In this document: positions 39,875-49,447 of the stretch, one piece after another | How positions within the stretch are numbered: position 1 is the stretch's first letter | How the letters are laid out: the number at the start of each line of letters is the position of its first letter | Source: Nitrospirota bacterium | Lineage (GTDB): Bacteria > Nitrospirota > Nitrospiria > Nitrospirales > NS-4 | Assembly (NCBI GenBank): GCA_963788195.1 | Contig: CAWBGA010000002.1 | Location: forward strand, 32,001-96,000 | Reading direction: 5' to 3' | Length of the DNA: 64,000 nucleotides | Position numbers and translations under genes: made by a program | Notes under the pieces: model-generated | What the model was told of the DNA's origin: nothing | Seen by the model: the letters and a program-made list of their open reading frames with translations, nothing else | Databases searched by the model: none

Positions 39875-40587
39875 GGGCGCCCGCAGAGGCTCGTGTCCTG
39901 AAAGACTGCGCGATGCATCCCCTCCCAAAAGCGCTGCCAGGCATCGGCTGTGGTTCGGGCGCTGGCCGCGACACGTTCAAGATCCGACTGCGATTTGGTT
40001 GTTTTGCGGACCGCATCAGCCAGCCAATGGGCGTGATCATCCTCCGCTGTAAGATGAAGCTCAAAGAACACAAGATCATCGGAAGCGAAGCGATGATATT
40101 GCAGCAATCCTGGGTGAAAGTACCGGAATTCGGCGGCAGCAGTGACTTCTACTGCAAGCTCCGCCCCCAATGCGGCGAGGTAGTCCTCTTCCAAGAAGAG
40201 TCGATGTAGGACGCCGAGGTATTCTTCGACGGCTGGCAGAGGCGTACTTTGCCGAAGATCGGCTTCGCGTAGACCGATGGCGCCGGCGAAACGCTCAAGC
40301 AACCGTATATGGGCCTGTTCGCTTCGTCCACTTCCAAGCTCGGAGTCGAGGGTTTTCGCAAGTTGTACACGCATCTCCAGTTCCTCGACCGGTGTTCGAT
40401 ACAGGAGCCCTTCGAGCACTTTGACGAAGTGTTTGCAGAAATAATGGTACTGGATCAGCCACTGCTCGAGTTGAAGTTGGGTCAGGCGCTGGTCGAGGAA
40501 GGTCTGAAAGAATGGATTGCTATTGACTGGATGGCGAGTGAGTTCGCCGATCAAGGAGTCCACAAAGCTTTCGGCGGTCGGGGTCAT
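39862..40587 (-). CDS. Heme-oxygenase-like diiron enzyme (CADD/PqqC/TenA superfamily)
   Basis: ELG.G....H, VE and FFELH...EDDH give a 3-His/3-carboxylate ligand pattern. Confidence 0.8.
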   Translation of the reverse strand: MTPTAESFVDSLIGELTRHPVNSNPFFQTFLDQRLTQLQLEQWLIQYHYFCKHFVKVLEGLLYRTPVEELEMRVQLAKTLDSELGSGRSEQAHIRLLERFAGAIGLREADLRQSTPLPAVEEYLGVLHRLFLEEDYLAALGAELAVEVTAAAEFRYFHPGLLQYHRFASDDLVFFELHLTAEDDHAHWLADAVRKTTKSQSDLERVAASARTTADAWQRFWEGMHRAVFQDTSLCGRPWNS

Positions 40588-40687
40588 CAGGTGCTCCGGA
40601 GGTCAAGACTGTTACCAATTGTTTTTGGGGGTATCCCGATCAGGGTTGACTGTGCTACGCTCGTAAGCAGGTTTGCGAGGTGTTGTG

Positions 40688-40792
40688 ATGGATGACATCG
40701 GATATATGATATTCGGTGTTGCGGTTGCCGTCCTTGGTATCGTGCTCACGTATGCCTATCAACACCGCTCCCATCAGCGGAGAAAAGACTAG
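40688..40792 (+). CDS. 34-aa single-TM small protein (not in the ORF track)
   Basis: GAGGTG RBS; MDDIGYMIFGVAVAVLGIVLTYAYQHRSHQRRKD*. Confidence 0.55.
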   Translation: MDDIGYMIFGVAVAVLGIVLTYAYQHRSHQRRKD

Positions 40793-41100
40793 ACGTCGAT
40801 TATCAAATTGCCCACGTCCTCTAGTGATTTTCCTACTCCTCGAGCCCGCAACGTCTCATACAGACCTTTCAAGAACGCCGTGTCATCGCTGCTGAACACC
40901 GCCCGGAAGTCCACATCATTCCATCTGACCATCATCTTCAGGAAAGGCAGTTCGCCTTTACGGTTCGGCTCAATCCATTTCACTTCGTGCAAAATACCCC
41001 ATTCGCCGCCGGGATGGTAGGTGTCCCAAAATCCATGAGGCATCTCGAATTGCGGAGGCCAAAGATCCTTCATCTTTTCGTGATTGCGCAATGCCACCAT
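40789..41100 (-). CDS. Hypothetical protein
   Basis: ORF of about 103 aa fills the gap; start uncertain (41100 or 41136). Confidence 0.55.
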   Translation of the reverse strand: MVALRNHEKMKDLWPPQFEMPHGFWDTYHPGGEWGILHEVKWIEPNRKGELPFLKMMVRWNDVDFRAVFSSDDTAFLKGLYETLRARGVGKSLEDVGNLIIDV

Positions 41101-41154
41101 GGCCGAAAGTATACCTGGTTTGATGCGTGATCGCACTAGGGGGTGGTCTGATTC

Positions 41155-42618
41155 GTGAGCGATGCCACTCCATCTGACTCTCTAAACGTACAACGCGACT
41201 CCGGCCATCTGAGGCGCGTCCTGGGCCTACGCGAGGCGATCGCCCTCGTGGTCGGGTCCATGGTGGGCTCCGGAATCTTCATCGTCTCGGCAGACATTGC
41301 CCGCCAGGTGAAAAGCCCGGGATTGTTGCTGGTGGTCTGGCTCGTGACCGGCCTCATGACCGTCATCGCCGCGGCTTACTATGGGGAACTGGCGGCGTCC
41401 ATGCCTCATTCCGGTGGACAATACGTCTATCTGCGGGAATGCTTCGGGCCGCTCTCGGGCTTTGTGTACGGCTGGTCGATGTTATTGGTCATTCAGACCG
41501 CCACGATCGCAGCAGTCGCCGTGGCCTTTGCGAAATTCGCAGGAGTGGTCGTACCGTGGTTTTCCTCCGAAGTGTGGATTTGGAAGCTTGGAGAATTGGG
41601 CCCCTATAGCATCGGCCTCAACACCCAAAACCTCCTTGCGATTCTCTCAATCGTCGTCTTGACCTGGGTCAATCTCCAGGGTGTCCGCTTGGGCGCCCTC
41701 GTGCAAAACCTCTTCACCTACACGAAAACGGCTGCGTTAGCCGGCATGGTTCTTCTGGGAATCATCTTTGCCAACCCTGCCGCCCTGCGGGCCAACCGCG
41801 TAGACTTTTGGGGACCCCTCGGAACCGGATCCGAAATTGAATGGATGGCGCTCATGACCATGATCGCGATTGCGATGGTAGGGTCGCTGTTTGCCGCGGA
41901 TGCCTGGAACAATGTGACCTTCGTTGCCGGAGAGGTAAAGAACGCGGAGCGTACATTGCCGAAGGCGTTGGCCTTGGGTGCCGGAATCGTCATGCTCCTG
42001 TACCTTCTTGTGAATGTGGCTTATCTGAGTATTTTGCCTCTGCGTGGGTCGCCCGATGCCACGACGGTCATAGGTCGCGGGATCGAATACGCCGCAGAGG
42101 ATCGTGTCAGTATCGCCGCTGCGGAAGTCGTTCTTGGCTCAACCGGCGCCATCATCATGGCAGTCGCCGTGATGATTTCCACATTTGGCTGTAACAATGG
42201 CCTGATTCTCGCCGGGGCGCGGGTGTACTACGCGATGGCCCGTGACGGGGTATTTTTCCGAAACGTTGGTGCTGTGAATCGCCATGGCGTCCCCGGCGTC
42301 GCCTTAATGCTCCAGGGAGTATGGGCTTCGCTGCTTTGCGTATCAGGGACTTACGGGCAACTGTTGGATTTTCTCATTTTCACAGTCATGTTGTTCTACA
42401 TGATGACCATGATAGGTGTCTTTGCTGTTCGGCGCAGGCCAGGTCCCAAGATGTCGTACCGTGCGCCCGGATTTCCGGTTCTTCCGATTATTTACCTGCT
42501 CCTTGCGGGCTTTATTGAGATTCAGTTGCTGCGATACAAGCCCCAATACACCTGGCCGGGGTTGTTGGTGGTGCTGCTTGGCATTCCCGTCTATTTCTTC
42601 TGGAAAAAAGGTCGCTAG
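41155..42618 (+). CDS. APC-family amino acid permease
   Basis: GSMVGSGIF, YGELA..P.SGGQYVYL, AGEVKN..R.LP; about 12 TM segments. Confidence 0.92.
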   Translation: MSDATPSDSLNVQRDSGHLRRVLGLREAIALVVGSMVGSGIFIVSADIARQVKSPGLLLVVWLVTGLMTVIAAAYYGELAASMPHSGGQYVYLRECFGPLSGFVYGWSMLLVIQTATIAAVAVAFAKFAGVVVPWFSSEVWIWKLGELGPYSIGLNTQNLLAILSIVVLTWVNLQGVRLGALVQNLFTYTKTAALAGMVLLGIIFANPAALRANRVDFWGPLGTGSEIEWMALMTMIAIAMVGSLFAADAWNNVTFVAGEVKNAERTLPKALALGAGIVMLLYLLVNVAYLSILPLRGSPDATTVIGRGIEYAAEDRVSIAAAEVVLGSTGAIIMAVAVMISTFGCNNGLILAGARVYYAMARDGVFFRNVGAVNRHGVPGVALMLQGVWASLLCVSGTYGQLLDFLIFTVMLFYMMTMIGVFAVRRRPGPKMSYRAPGFPVLPIIYLLLAGFIEIQLLRYKPQYTWPGLLVVLLGIPVYFFWKKGR

Positions 42619-42645
42619 GGGAAAAGGAGGCTGTCCAGGGGTCAA

Positions 42646-42931
42646 GGCCCTGTCTCGGCGGGGCCGGGGTGTGGCGGGTGAAATGGAACTCCAGGGCTGG
42701 GCGGGTGCAATGGGAAAGAAGAGGCTGTCTTGGCAGCCTCCAGGGCTGGGCGGGTGTAAGGGGAAAAGAAATCTGTCCCACGGGACAAAAGCCTGGCGGG
42801 GCACCCATTGCTCCTCAAATGCAATGGGTCAAATGGCTTGGGGCGGGTGGGTGAAATACGATTCTAGGCCACGGGACAAGGCGCTGTCTTGGCAGCGCCG
42901 GGGCTGGGCGGGTGCAATGGAGGGTGCAATG
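42646..42931 (-). repeat. Cluster of CATTGCACCCGCCCAGCCC units with CCAAGA-loop hairpins
   Basis: Four to five degenerate units between convergent genes; three carry the hairpin. Confidence 0.75.
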
Positions 42932-42932
42932 G

Positions 42933-43868
42933 CTACGGAAACCGGTCTGCCACGACAGCCGGCCCTTTGCCGGCCAAGTGGCCCCCCGCCATATATGGCG
43001 ATGTATGACGGATGGCGAAGTGACCAGTGCGTGCGAGGACGAGCGCTCCTGCCGACGTCTCATGGGGCGCCGCAAAGCGTCTGACCAGCAGATTGAGTGC
43101 CCGGCGAACCGCGGAGGCGATCCTTTCATCAGGACCTAATCGGTCCACGATGTCCTTGGCCAGGGTCAAACGCACAATACTTTCGCCGACGCCTGTCATG
43201 GATACCGCGCCTTTCTCGTTGTCGGCATACACTCCGCAGCCGATCAAAGGCGTGTCCCCCACCCGGCCCGGCAACATAAAGGCGATCCCGCCGGTCGAGG
43301 CGCCGGCGGCGAGATCGCCGCGACGGTCAAGCGCCACAGCCCCAACAGTCTCCTCCCGAAGCATTTCCGCATATAGTTTCACCGTATCCCGCTGTCTGCC
43401 GAGGGCCCGAGCGACCGCGCGGATGCTCCTGCGTTGCGTCTGCGTCGGCGCGGCTTGACGCTCGAGCTTGAAGTGCCGAGCCAAGCGTGTTGCGGGAGGG
43501 CCGGCGATCAGGACGTGCGAGGTCTTGTTCATCACCAGGCGGGCCGCGCTGATCGGGTGACAAACCTGCTCGATCCCGGCGACCGCGCCGGCCCGCAAGT
43601 CTCGTCCCTCCATGAGCGCTGCATCCATGCGCCGCACGCCGTCTAGTTGCAACCGGGAGCCGGCGCCGGCATTGAAGATCCCGGAGGATTCAAGGATGCG
43701 GATAGCCTCTTCAACAGCGTCAATGGCGGGCCCCCCGCGATGCAGCACCGTGCTGCCGGTGGCGAGCGCCAGCCGAAGACATTCGTGCTGTCTCCGTGTC
43801 AGAGGCCGCGGGCCCGCTCCGCCGTGTGCGAGAATCACGGGGCATACCGGATGCCGTGGGGTTTTCAT
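42933..43868 (-). CDS. iaaA: Isoaspartyl peptidase/L-asparaginase (Ntn hydrolase)
   Basis: HGGAG, FNAG.GS, ETVGAVALD, STGG, GRVGDTP, TG.GE. Confidence 0.88.
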   Translation of the reverse strand: MKTPRHPVCPVILAHGGAGPRPLTRRQHECLRLALATGSTVLHRGGPAIDAVEEAIRILESSGIFNAGAGSRLQLDGVRRMDAALMEGRDLRAGAVAGIEQVCHPISAARLVMNKTSHVLIAGPPATRLARHFKLERQAAPTQTQRRSIRAVARALGRQRDTVKLYAEMLREETVGAVALDRRGDLAAGASTGGIAFMLPGRVGDTPLIGCGVYADNEKGAVSMTGVGESIVRLTLAKDIVDRLGPDERIASAVRRALNLLVRRFAAPHETSAGALVLARTGHFAIRHTSPYMAGGHLAGKGPAVVADRFP

Positions 43869-44344
43869 TCAGGCTTGCCGGCCACGAGGCGTGCCCGGTA
43901 GCGCGCGATCAGGACTCGCTCGGCCCACATTCCGACGACGACGACGACGATCACGAAGATCAACAGCGCGATGATGCGACCATCGCCTGCGGTAGACGGA
44001 TGCAGGTAAAATTTTCCGTCAGCCCCTTTGGTAATCGGCACATCCTTGGAAAACTTGTGCACCTGCCCGGAAGCGTCCTTCAGATTGATCCATTCTTTGC
44101 ACAGACGGACTGGATCCTGTTCACCTTGGGGTCGGTACCACGCCATTCGCAAGCAGACATCCTGCACGGGATCGAAGAGGTCCCGCTCCCCGAAGACCTG
44201 ATCGAGGTCGAGTCCACTGACCCAGAGGGCTGATAGGAAGAGCGCGTTGGCGGCAACAATGAAACCGATGGTCAGACGGACCGCGAACCTTCTGACGCGC
44301 GCGGCAACTTCTGGCGCAGCAGTTGTCTTCGCTATCATCATCAC
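43865..44344 (-). CDS. Two-TM hypothetical membrane protein
   Basis: Two hydrophobic segments; overlaps the iaaA start. Confidence 0.65.
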   Translation of the reverse strand: MMMIAKTTAAPEVAARVRRFAVRLTIGFIVAANALFLSALWVSGLDLDQVFGERDLFDPVQDVCLRMAWYRPQGEQDPVRLCKEWINLKDASGQVHKFSKDVPITKGADGKFYLHPSTAGDGRIIALLIFVIVVVVVGMWAERVLIARYRARLVAGKPE

Positions 44345-44382
44345 GCCGGGCCCGCGGGGAGAGGGTGAAAGAACGTTCTTGG

Positions 44383-45279
44383 CTAATTGACGATTTCGGT
44401 GCCGATACCCTTATCCGTAAAAATCTCCAACAGGATCGCGTGCGGAATCCGGCCGTCGATCACGTGCGTTTTCTTGACGCCGGCCTCGAGCGCGCCCAGG
44501 CACGCTTGGACCTTCGGCAGCATGCCCTCACTGATCGTCCCCTTTTTAACCATACGCGCCACATCCTTACGCGCAAGAGTCGAGATATGTCTGCCCTCTT
44601 CGTCTTTGATGCCGCGCACGTCGGTGAGAAGCACCAGTTTTTCAGCCATGAGAGCGCTGGCCACTGCGCCGGCGACGAGATCGGCGTTGATATTGTAGGT
44701 CAGCCCGTCTTTACTCAGGCCCATCGGGGCAATGACCGGGACGACGTGGCTTGCCTGCAGCGTAAGCAACAGCGTGGGATCGATGTGTTGCACATCGCCG
44801 ACGAGCCCATAATCTTCATGTGCCTCCAGTCCCCCCAGGTCGGTCCCGAGCTTCTTCATCCACTCAGCTCGGGTAAAGGGTTTCGCCATAATCAACCCGC
44901 CGTCTTTGCCGCTGAGACCGACCGCCTTGATCCCATGGCGACTGATCAGCGCCGCTATCTCTTTATTGATCGCGCCGCCGAGCACCATTTCAACCACTTC
45001 CATAGTGGCCTCGTCTGTCACGCGTACTCCCTGCCGAAACTTCGGCTCGATGGCGAGTCGCTTCAGCATCTGATCAATTTGCGGACCGCCGCCGTGGACC
45101 ACAACCGGGTTTAAACCCACGTACTTCAACAGGACCACGTCTGTGGCAAAGCCCTCCTTCAACCTTGGGTCCGTCATCGCTTTGCCGCCGTATTTAATGA
45201 CGATCGTTTTTCCGGCGAAGGCCCGAATGTAGGGGAGGGCTTCGACGAGCACGTTCGCTTTTTTGATCAGCTTGTCCAT
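44383..45279 (-). CDS. argB: Acetylglutamate kinase
   Basis: VIKYGG, VHGGGPQI, NINAD, GMLPKV, LLEIFTDKGIGT. Confidence 0.96.
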   Translation of the reverse strand: MDKLIKKANVLVEALPYIRAFAGKTIVIKYGGKAMTDPRLKEGFATDVVLLKYVGLNPVVVHGGGPQIDQMLKRLAIEPKFRQGVRVTDEATMEVVEMVLGGAINKEIAALISRHGIKAVGLSGKDGGLIMAKPFTRAEWMKKLGTDLGGLEAHEDYGLVGDVQHIDPTLLLTLQASHVVPVIAPMGLSKDGLTYNINADLVAGAVASALMAEKLVLLTDVRGIKDEEGRHISTLARKDVARMVKKGTISEGMLPKVQACLGALEAGVKKTHVIDGRIPHAILLEIFTDKGIGTEIVN

Positions 45280-45287
45280 CGACCGTC

Positions 45288-46675
45288 CTATAGAATAAAC
45301 CGGCTCAGGTCCTCGTCCTTGACGATGTCCTTTAACCGAGCTTTCACGGCGTCGGCGTCAATCCGGATTTTTTTCTCGGTGAGTGTCGGCGCCTCAAAGG
45401 AGATTTCTTCGAGGAGCCGTTCCATGATGGTAAACAACCGTCGGGCGCCGATATTCTCGGAACGTTCGTTCACCAGGACTGCAGTGGCCGCGATTTCCTC
45501 GAGCGCGTCGGCGGTGAAATCCAGCGTAATCCCTTCCGTCTCGAGGAGCGCCGGTGTACTGCTTGATCAAGGCGTTCTGGGGCTCCGTAAGGATGCGGAT
45601 AAAATCTTCCTTCGTCAGGGGGCTCAGTTCGACACGGATGGGAAAGCGACCTTGGAGCTCGGGAATCAGATCGGAGGGTTTGGCGACATGGAAGGCCCCG
45701 GCTGCTATGAAAAGAATGTGGTCCGTCTTCACAGGCCCATATTTGGTTGTCACCGTGGAGCCTTCGACGATCGGGAGCAGATCGCGCTGGACCCCTTCGC
45801 GCGACACGTCCGGGCCGAGGCTGCGTTCGCGACCGGCGATCTTATCGATCTCGTCCAGGAAGATGATGCCGTTTTGCTCGGTCTTTGCGATCGCTTCCTT
45901 GACCACGGCTTCCATATCGATCAGCTTCTGCGCTTCTTCCTGAATCAGAAGCTCGCGCGCTTCCGGCACTTTGACCATGCGGCGCTTTTTCTTGGCGGGA
46001 AACATGCCTCCCAGCATTTCCTGAAGCTGGTCCTGAATCTGCTCCATGCCGCCGATGTTCGAGATGACGCCGATGGGAACCGTCGATTTGTCTTTGACTT
46101 CGATTTCAACGGTGCGCGTATCCAATTTCCCGTCGTATAGTTGGAGGCGTAGCTTGGACCTGGTGTTTTCGTACCCTTCAATAGGGCGCAGTGCTGCGTG
46201 CATCGTCGAAGATTCCTACCTTGGCGCCGGCCGGGGGCAGCAGCAGGTCGAGCAACCGTTCCTCCGCCTGAGTCTCGGCCTTCTTCTGAATGCGCTGCCC
46301 GTACTCGGTCTTTGCCATACTGACGGCCTGTTCCACGAGATCTCTGACCATGGACTCGCAATCCCTACCGACATATCCAACCTCGGTGAACTTGGAGGCC
46401 TCGACTTTGATGAAAGGCGCCTGGGTCAACTTCGCTAAACGACGCGAGATTTCCGTCTTTCCGACGCCTGTGGGGCCGATCATGATAATGTTCTTGGGAA
46501 TCACCTCATCGCGGAGGTGGTCAGGCAGCCTCTGACGCCGCCAGCGTGTGCGAAGCGCGATGGCAACCATTCGCTTGGCGTCGCGCTGACCGATGACGTA
46601 TCGGTCCAGTTCATCAACGATCTGCCGGGGCGTTAAGTTTTCCATTCGGTGTCCGTCGTTGTTGTCTAACGTCAT
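45288..46675 (-). CDS. hslU: HslU ATPase; two apparent +1 frameshifts (near 46185 and 45552)
   Basis: [46 protein letters not shown] and DLSRFIL across three consecutive frames. Confidence 0.95.
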
Positions 46676-46682
46676 GGATAGG

Positions 46683-47228
46683 CTATTTCGGCGCAGTCAG
46701 CTCTTCGACAGTGATTTCAATGTTCGTATAAATGTCAATGCCTCCGGCGATCCGCAGGGACTCTTCCACCAGGGTCCGTGCGTCCAGCGTCGAATGGCCC
46801 AGCAAGGCTCTGGCTGACGCCAGCGCGTAGGGACCGCCCGATCCGATCGCAAGGATGCCGTCCTCCGGTTCGATCACGTCCCCGGTGCCTGAGATTATTA
46901 ATGAAGTCGTCTTATCGGCCACCGCCAGAAGCGCCTCGAGCCGTCTCAGAATTCGGTCCGTCCGCCAATCCTTTGCGAGTTCCACGGCTGCGCGGGTCAG
47001 GTTTCCTCGGTATTCCTGAAGTTTCGCGTCGAACTTTTCGAATAGCGTGAAGGCATCGGCGGTGGCGCCGGCGAATCCCGCGAGTACTGAATCATTATAC
47101 ATGCGCCGCAGCTTCTTTGCGTTGTGCTTCATGACCGTCGTGCCGACGGTGACTTGGCCGTCGCAGCCCATGGCCACATGCTCGTCGCGGCGCACGCAGA
47201 GAACGCTCGTCGAGCGGATAATGGGCAT
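46683..47228 (-). CDS. hslV: HslV protease subunit
   Basis: [29 protein letters not shown]. Confidence 0.95.
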   Translation of the reverse strand: MPIIRSTSVLCVRRDEHVAMGCDGQVTVGTTVMKHNAKKLRRMYNDSVLAGFAGATADAFTLFEKFDAKLQEYRGNLTRAAVELAKDWRTDRILRRLEALLAVADKTTSLIISGTGDVIEPEDGILAIGSGGPYALASARALLGHSTLDARTLVEESLRIAGGIDIYTNIEITVEELTAPK

Positions 47229-48143
47229 CAGGATATGGCTCGAGCGTGCGCTCGGGGGTGCGCTTTGTCATAGGTTTCCAGGATCCGATCGAAGGCCACA
47301 TGTGTGTAGCGCTGGGTCGTTGACAAGGACGCGTGCCCTAACAATTCCTGGATCGCCCGCAGGTCCACGCCCCCATCCAGGAGATGAGTCGCAAAGGAGT
47401 GGCGGAGGCCGTGGGGAGTGACCCTCGGAAAGTTGACTAGGTCACGCACGGCGTTGGCCACAAGTCGCTCCACGCTGCGAACTGTCAGACGCCCTCCGCG
47501 ACGATTGCGGAACAGCGGAGCACGCGTTTTGTCATGGGAGCCTTCAGCGCGTGATACAGACGTTGGGAGCGAGCGGACGTACGCTTTCAGCGCAAGGACC
47601 GCCGGCCGCCCCAGCGGAACGATCCGCTCCTTGCGGCCCTTGCCCAGCACTGTGGCGACGCCCTCATCAAGGTCGATATCCTTGAGATCAAGGTTCACAA
47701 GCTCTGAAACTCGAGCCCCGGAAGAATATAGGGTCTCTAACAAGGCCTGGTCTCGCAGTGACCGGGGGCGACGTGGATAATCCATCAGTCGCTTCGCATC
47801 GTCCGCGGTCAAGACCTGCGGCAGTTTGCGATCCAGTTTCGGCCCGGATATGGCTTCAGCCGGATTTCGCGTAATCGCATCTTCGCGACAAAGGTATCTA
47901 AACAGACTCCGGATCGCCGAGAGCTTGCGGCTCCTCGTAGCTTTGCCGTCTCCCTTGTTGGCGCGAAGCGCCATGAAGCTGCGGATGGTGAACGGTTGCA
48001 CGCTGCGCGGGCGTCCCGATCTGCTCATGGCGGAGAAAGGCCAGTAGTTGGCCGAGATCTTGGCCATAGTTACGAAGCGTATGCGGCGACGCCCTTCGTT
48101 CAGTCTGAAGGTATGTCAGGAAAGACCGGACCGCTGCATCCAT
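47228..48143 (-). CDS. xerC: Tyrosine recombinase XerC; one apparent +1 frameshift near 48010
   Basis: [50 protein letters not shown]; trmFO-xerC-hslVU context. Confidence 0.9.
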
Positions 48144-49432
48144 GTCGAAAAGTCCTCCAGCGCACGGCGAGCGATCTGGCTCTGGCGCTCCCGTTTGTCA
48201 CGGATTCGGCTGACCAAAGGCGGAAATAATCCGTAGTTCATATTCATCGGTTGAAAATGGCGAGGGTCGCTGGTCACGATGTAATGTAGGAGTGCGCCGT
48301 GGCCTGTCGTCTCGGGGACGGTGACCGGATCCATGTTCTGCAGCAGGCGGGCTGCGTTGATCCCCGCAAGGCCCCCGGAGGCGGCTGCTTCCGTATACCC
48401 TTCGACGCCAACCAGTTGTCCGGCGATGAAGACTCGTGGCTGATATTTGAGTTGCAGGCTCGTTTGAAGCAATGCCGGCGCATTGACGAAGGTGTTGCGA
48501 TGGACGCTTCCGTAGCGCAGGAACTCGACGTTCGCCAGACCGGGGATCATGCGAAAGACGCGCTTCTGCGCGCCATAGGTAAGTTTTGTCTGAAAGCCGA
48601 CGAGGTTATAGCAGGTGCCGTGTTGGTTCTCCATTCGAAGTTGCACCACTGCGTACGGCCGCGCCTGCGTTTTCGGATCTGTGAGCCCGACAGGTTTCAA
48701 CGGGCCGAACATCATAGTATCTCGGCCTCGTTCCGCCATCACCTCGATGGGAAGGCATCCTTCAAAGTACGGCACTTTTTCAAATTCCTTCGGAACGACT
48801 TTATCCGCCGTGAGCAGTGCTTGATAGAAGGCCTCGTACTCAATCTCCGTCATGGGACAGTTCAAATAGTCCGCGTCCCCTTTGTCATAGCGAGAAGCCC
48901 TAAAGACCAGATCATGGTCGATGCTCTCCGCATCGACAATAGGAGCTATGGCGTCAAAGAAGTACAGATGCTGGGAACGCGTCAACGTCTTCAACTCGGC
49001 GGCGAGAGCATCGGAGGTAAGCGGGCCCGTTGCAACAATCACGATCCCGTCAGCCGGGAGCGTGGCGACATGCTCGTGGACAATGCGTATGTTCGGGTGG
49101 CTCTCCAGCGCTTGAGTAATCTTCTGAGCAAAGACATCACGATCCACCGCCAGCGCGCTCCCTGCGGGGACCCGCGCTTCATCGGCAATCTTCATGATGA
49201 GGGAGCCGAGGAGGCGCATCTCGGCTTTGAGGATGCCCGGCGCCGTGAGGCTGTCGTCGGAGCCCAACGAATTAGAGCACACGAGCTCGGCGAGAAATCC
49301 GGTCTTGTGCGCCGGCGTCGGCTCCTTGGGACGCATCTCATACAGCGTCACGCGCGCGCCACGATTGGCTGCTTGCCAGGCTGCTTCGGACCCCGCCAGG
49401 CCGCCGCCGATAATAACAATGTCTTGTTTCAT
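48116..49432 (-). CDS. trmFO: FAD/folate-dependent tRNA U54 methyltransferase
   Basis: GGGLAGSEAA, AELVCSNS, HRNTF, AGQ..GVEGY, FQPMN. Confidence 0.95.
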   Translation of the reverse strand: MKQDIVIIGGGLAGSEAAWQAANRGARVTLYEMRPKEPTPAHKTGFLAELVCSNSLGSDDSLTAPGILKAEMRLLGSLIMKIADEARVPAGSALAVDRDVFAQKITQALESHPNIRIVHEHVATLPADGIVIVATGPLTSDALAAELKTLTRSQHLYFFDAIAPIVDAESIDHDLVFRASRYDKGDADYLNCPMTEIEYEAFYQALLTADKVVPKEFEKVPYFEGCLPIEVMAERGRDTMMFGPLKPVGLTDPKTQARPYAVVQLRMENQHGTCYNLVGFQTKLTYGAQKRVFRMIPGLANVEFLRYGSVHRNTFVNAPALLQTSLQLKYQPRVFIAGQLVGVEGYTEAAASGGLAGINAARLLQNMDPVTVPETTGHGALLHYIVTSDPRHFQPMNMNYGLFPPLVSRIRDKRERQSQIARRALEDFSTWMQRSGLS

Positions 49433-49447
49433 CGGGAAGAGATTCTA

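Noticed and set aside
42646..42931. Possible CRISPR array
   Set aside because: Units are degenerate, irregularly spaced and dispersed elsewhere in the window; no cas genes.
47228..48143. Integrase of a mobile element
   Set aside because: It sits in the conserved dprA-topA-trmFO-xerC-hslVU block, so it is chromosomal XerC.
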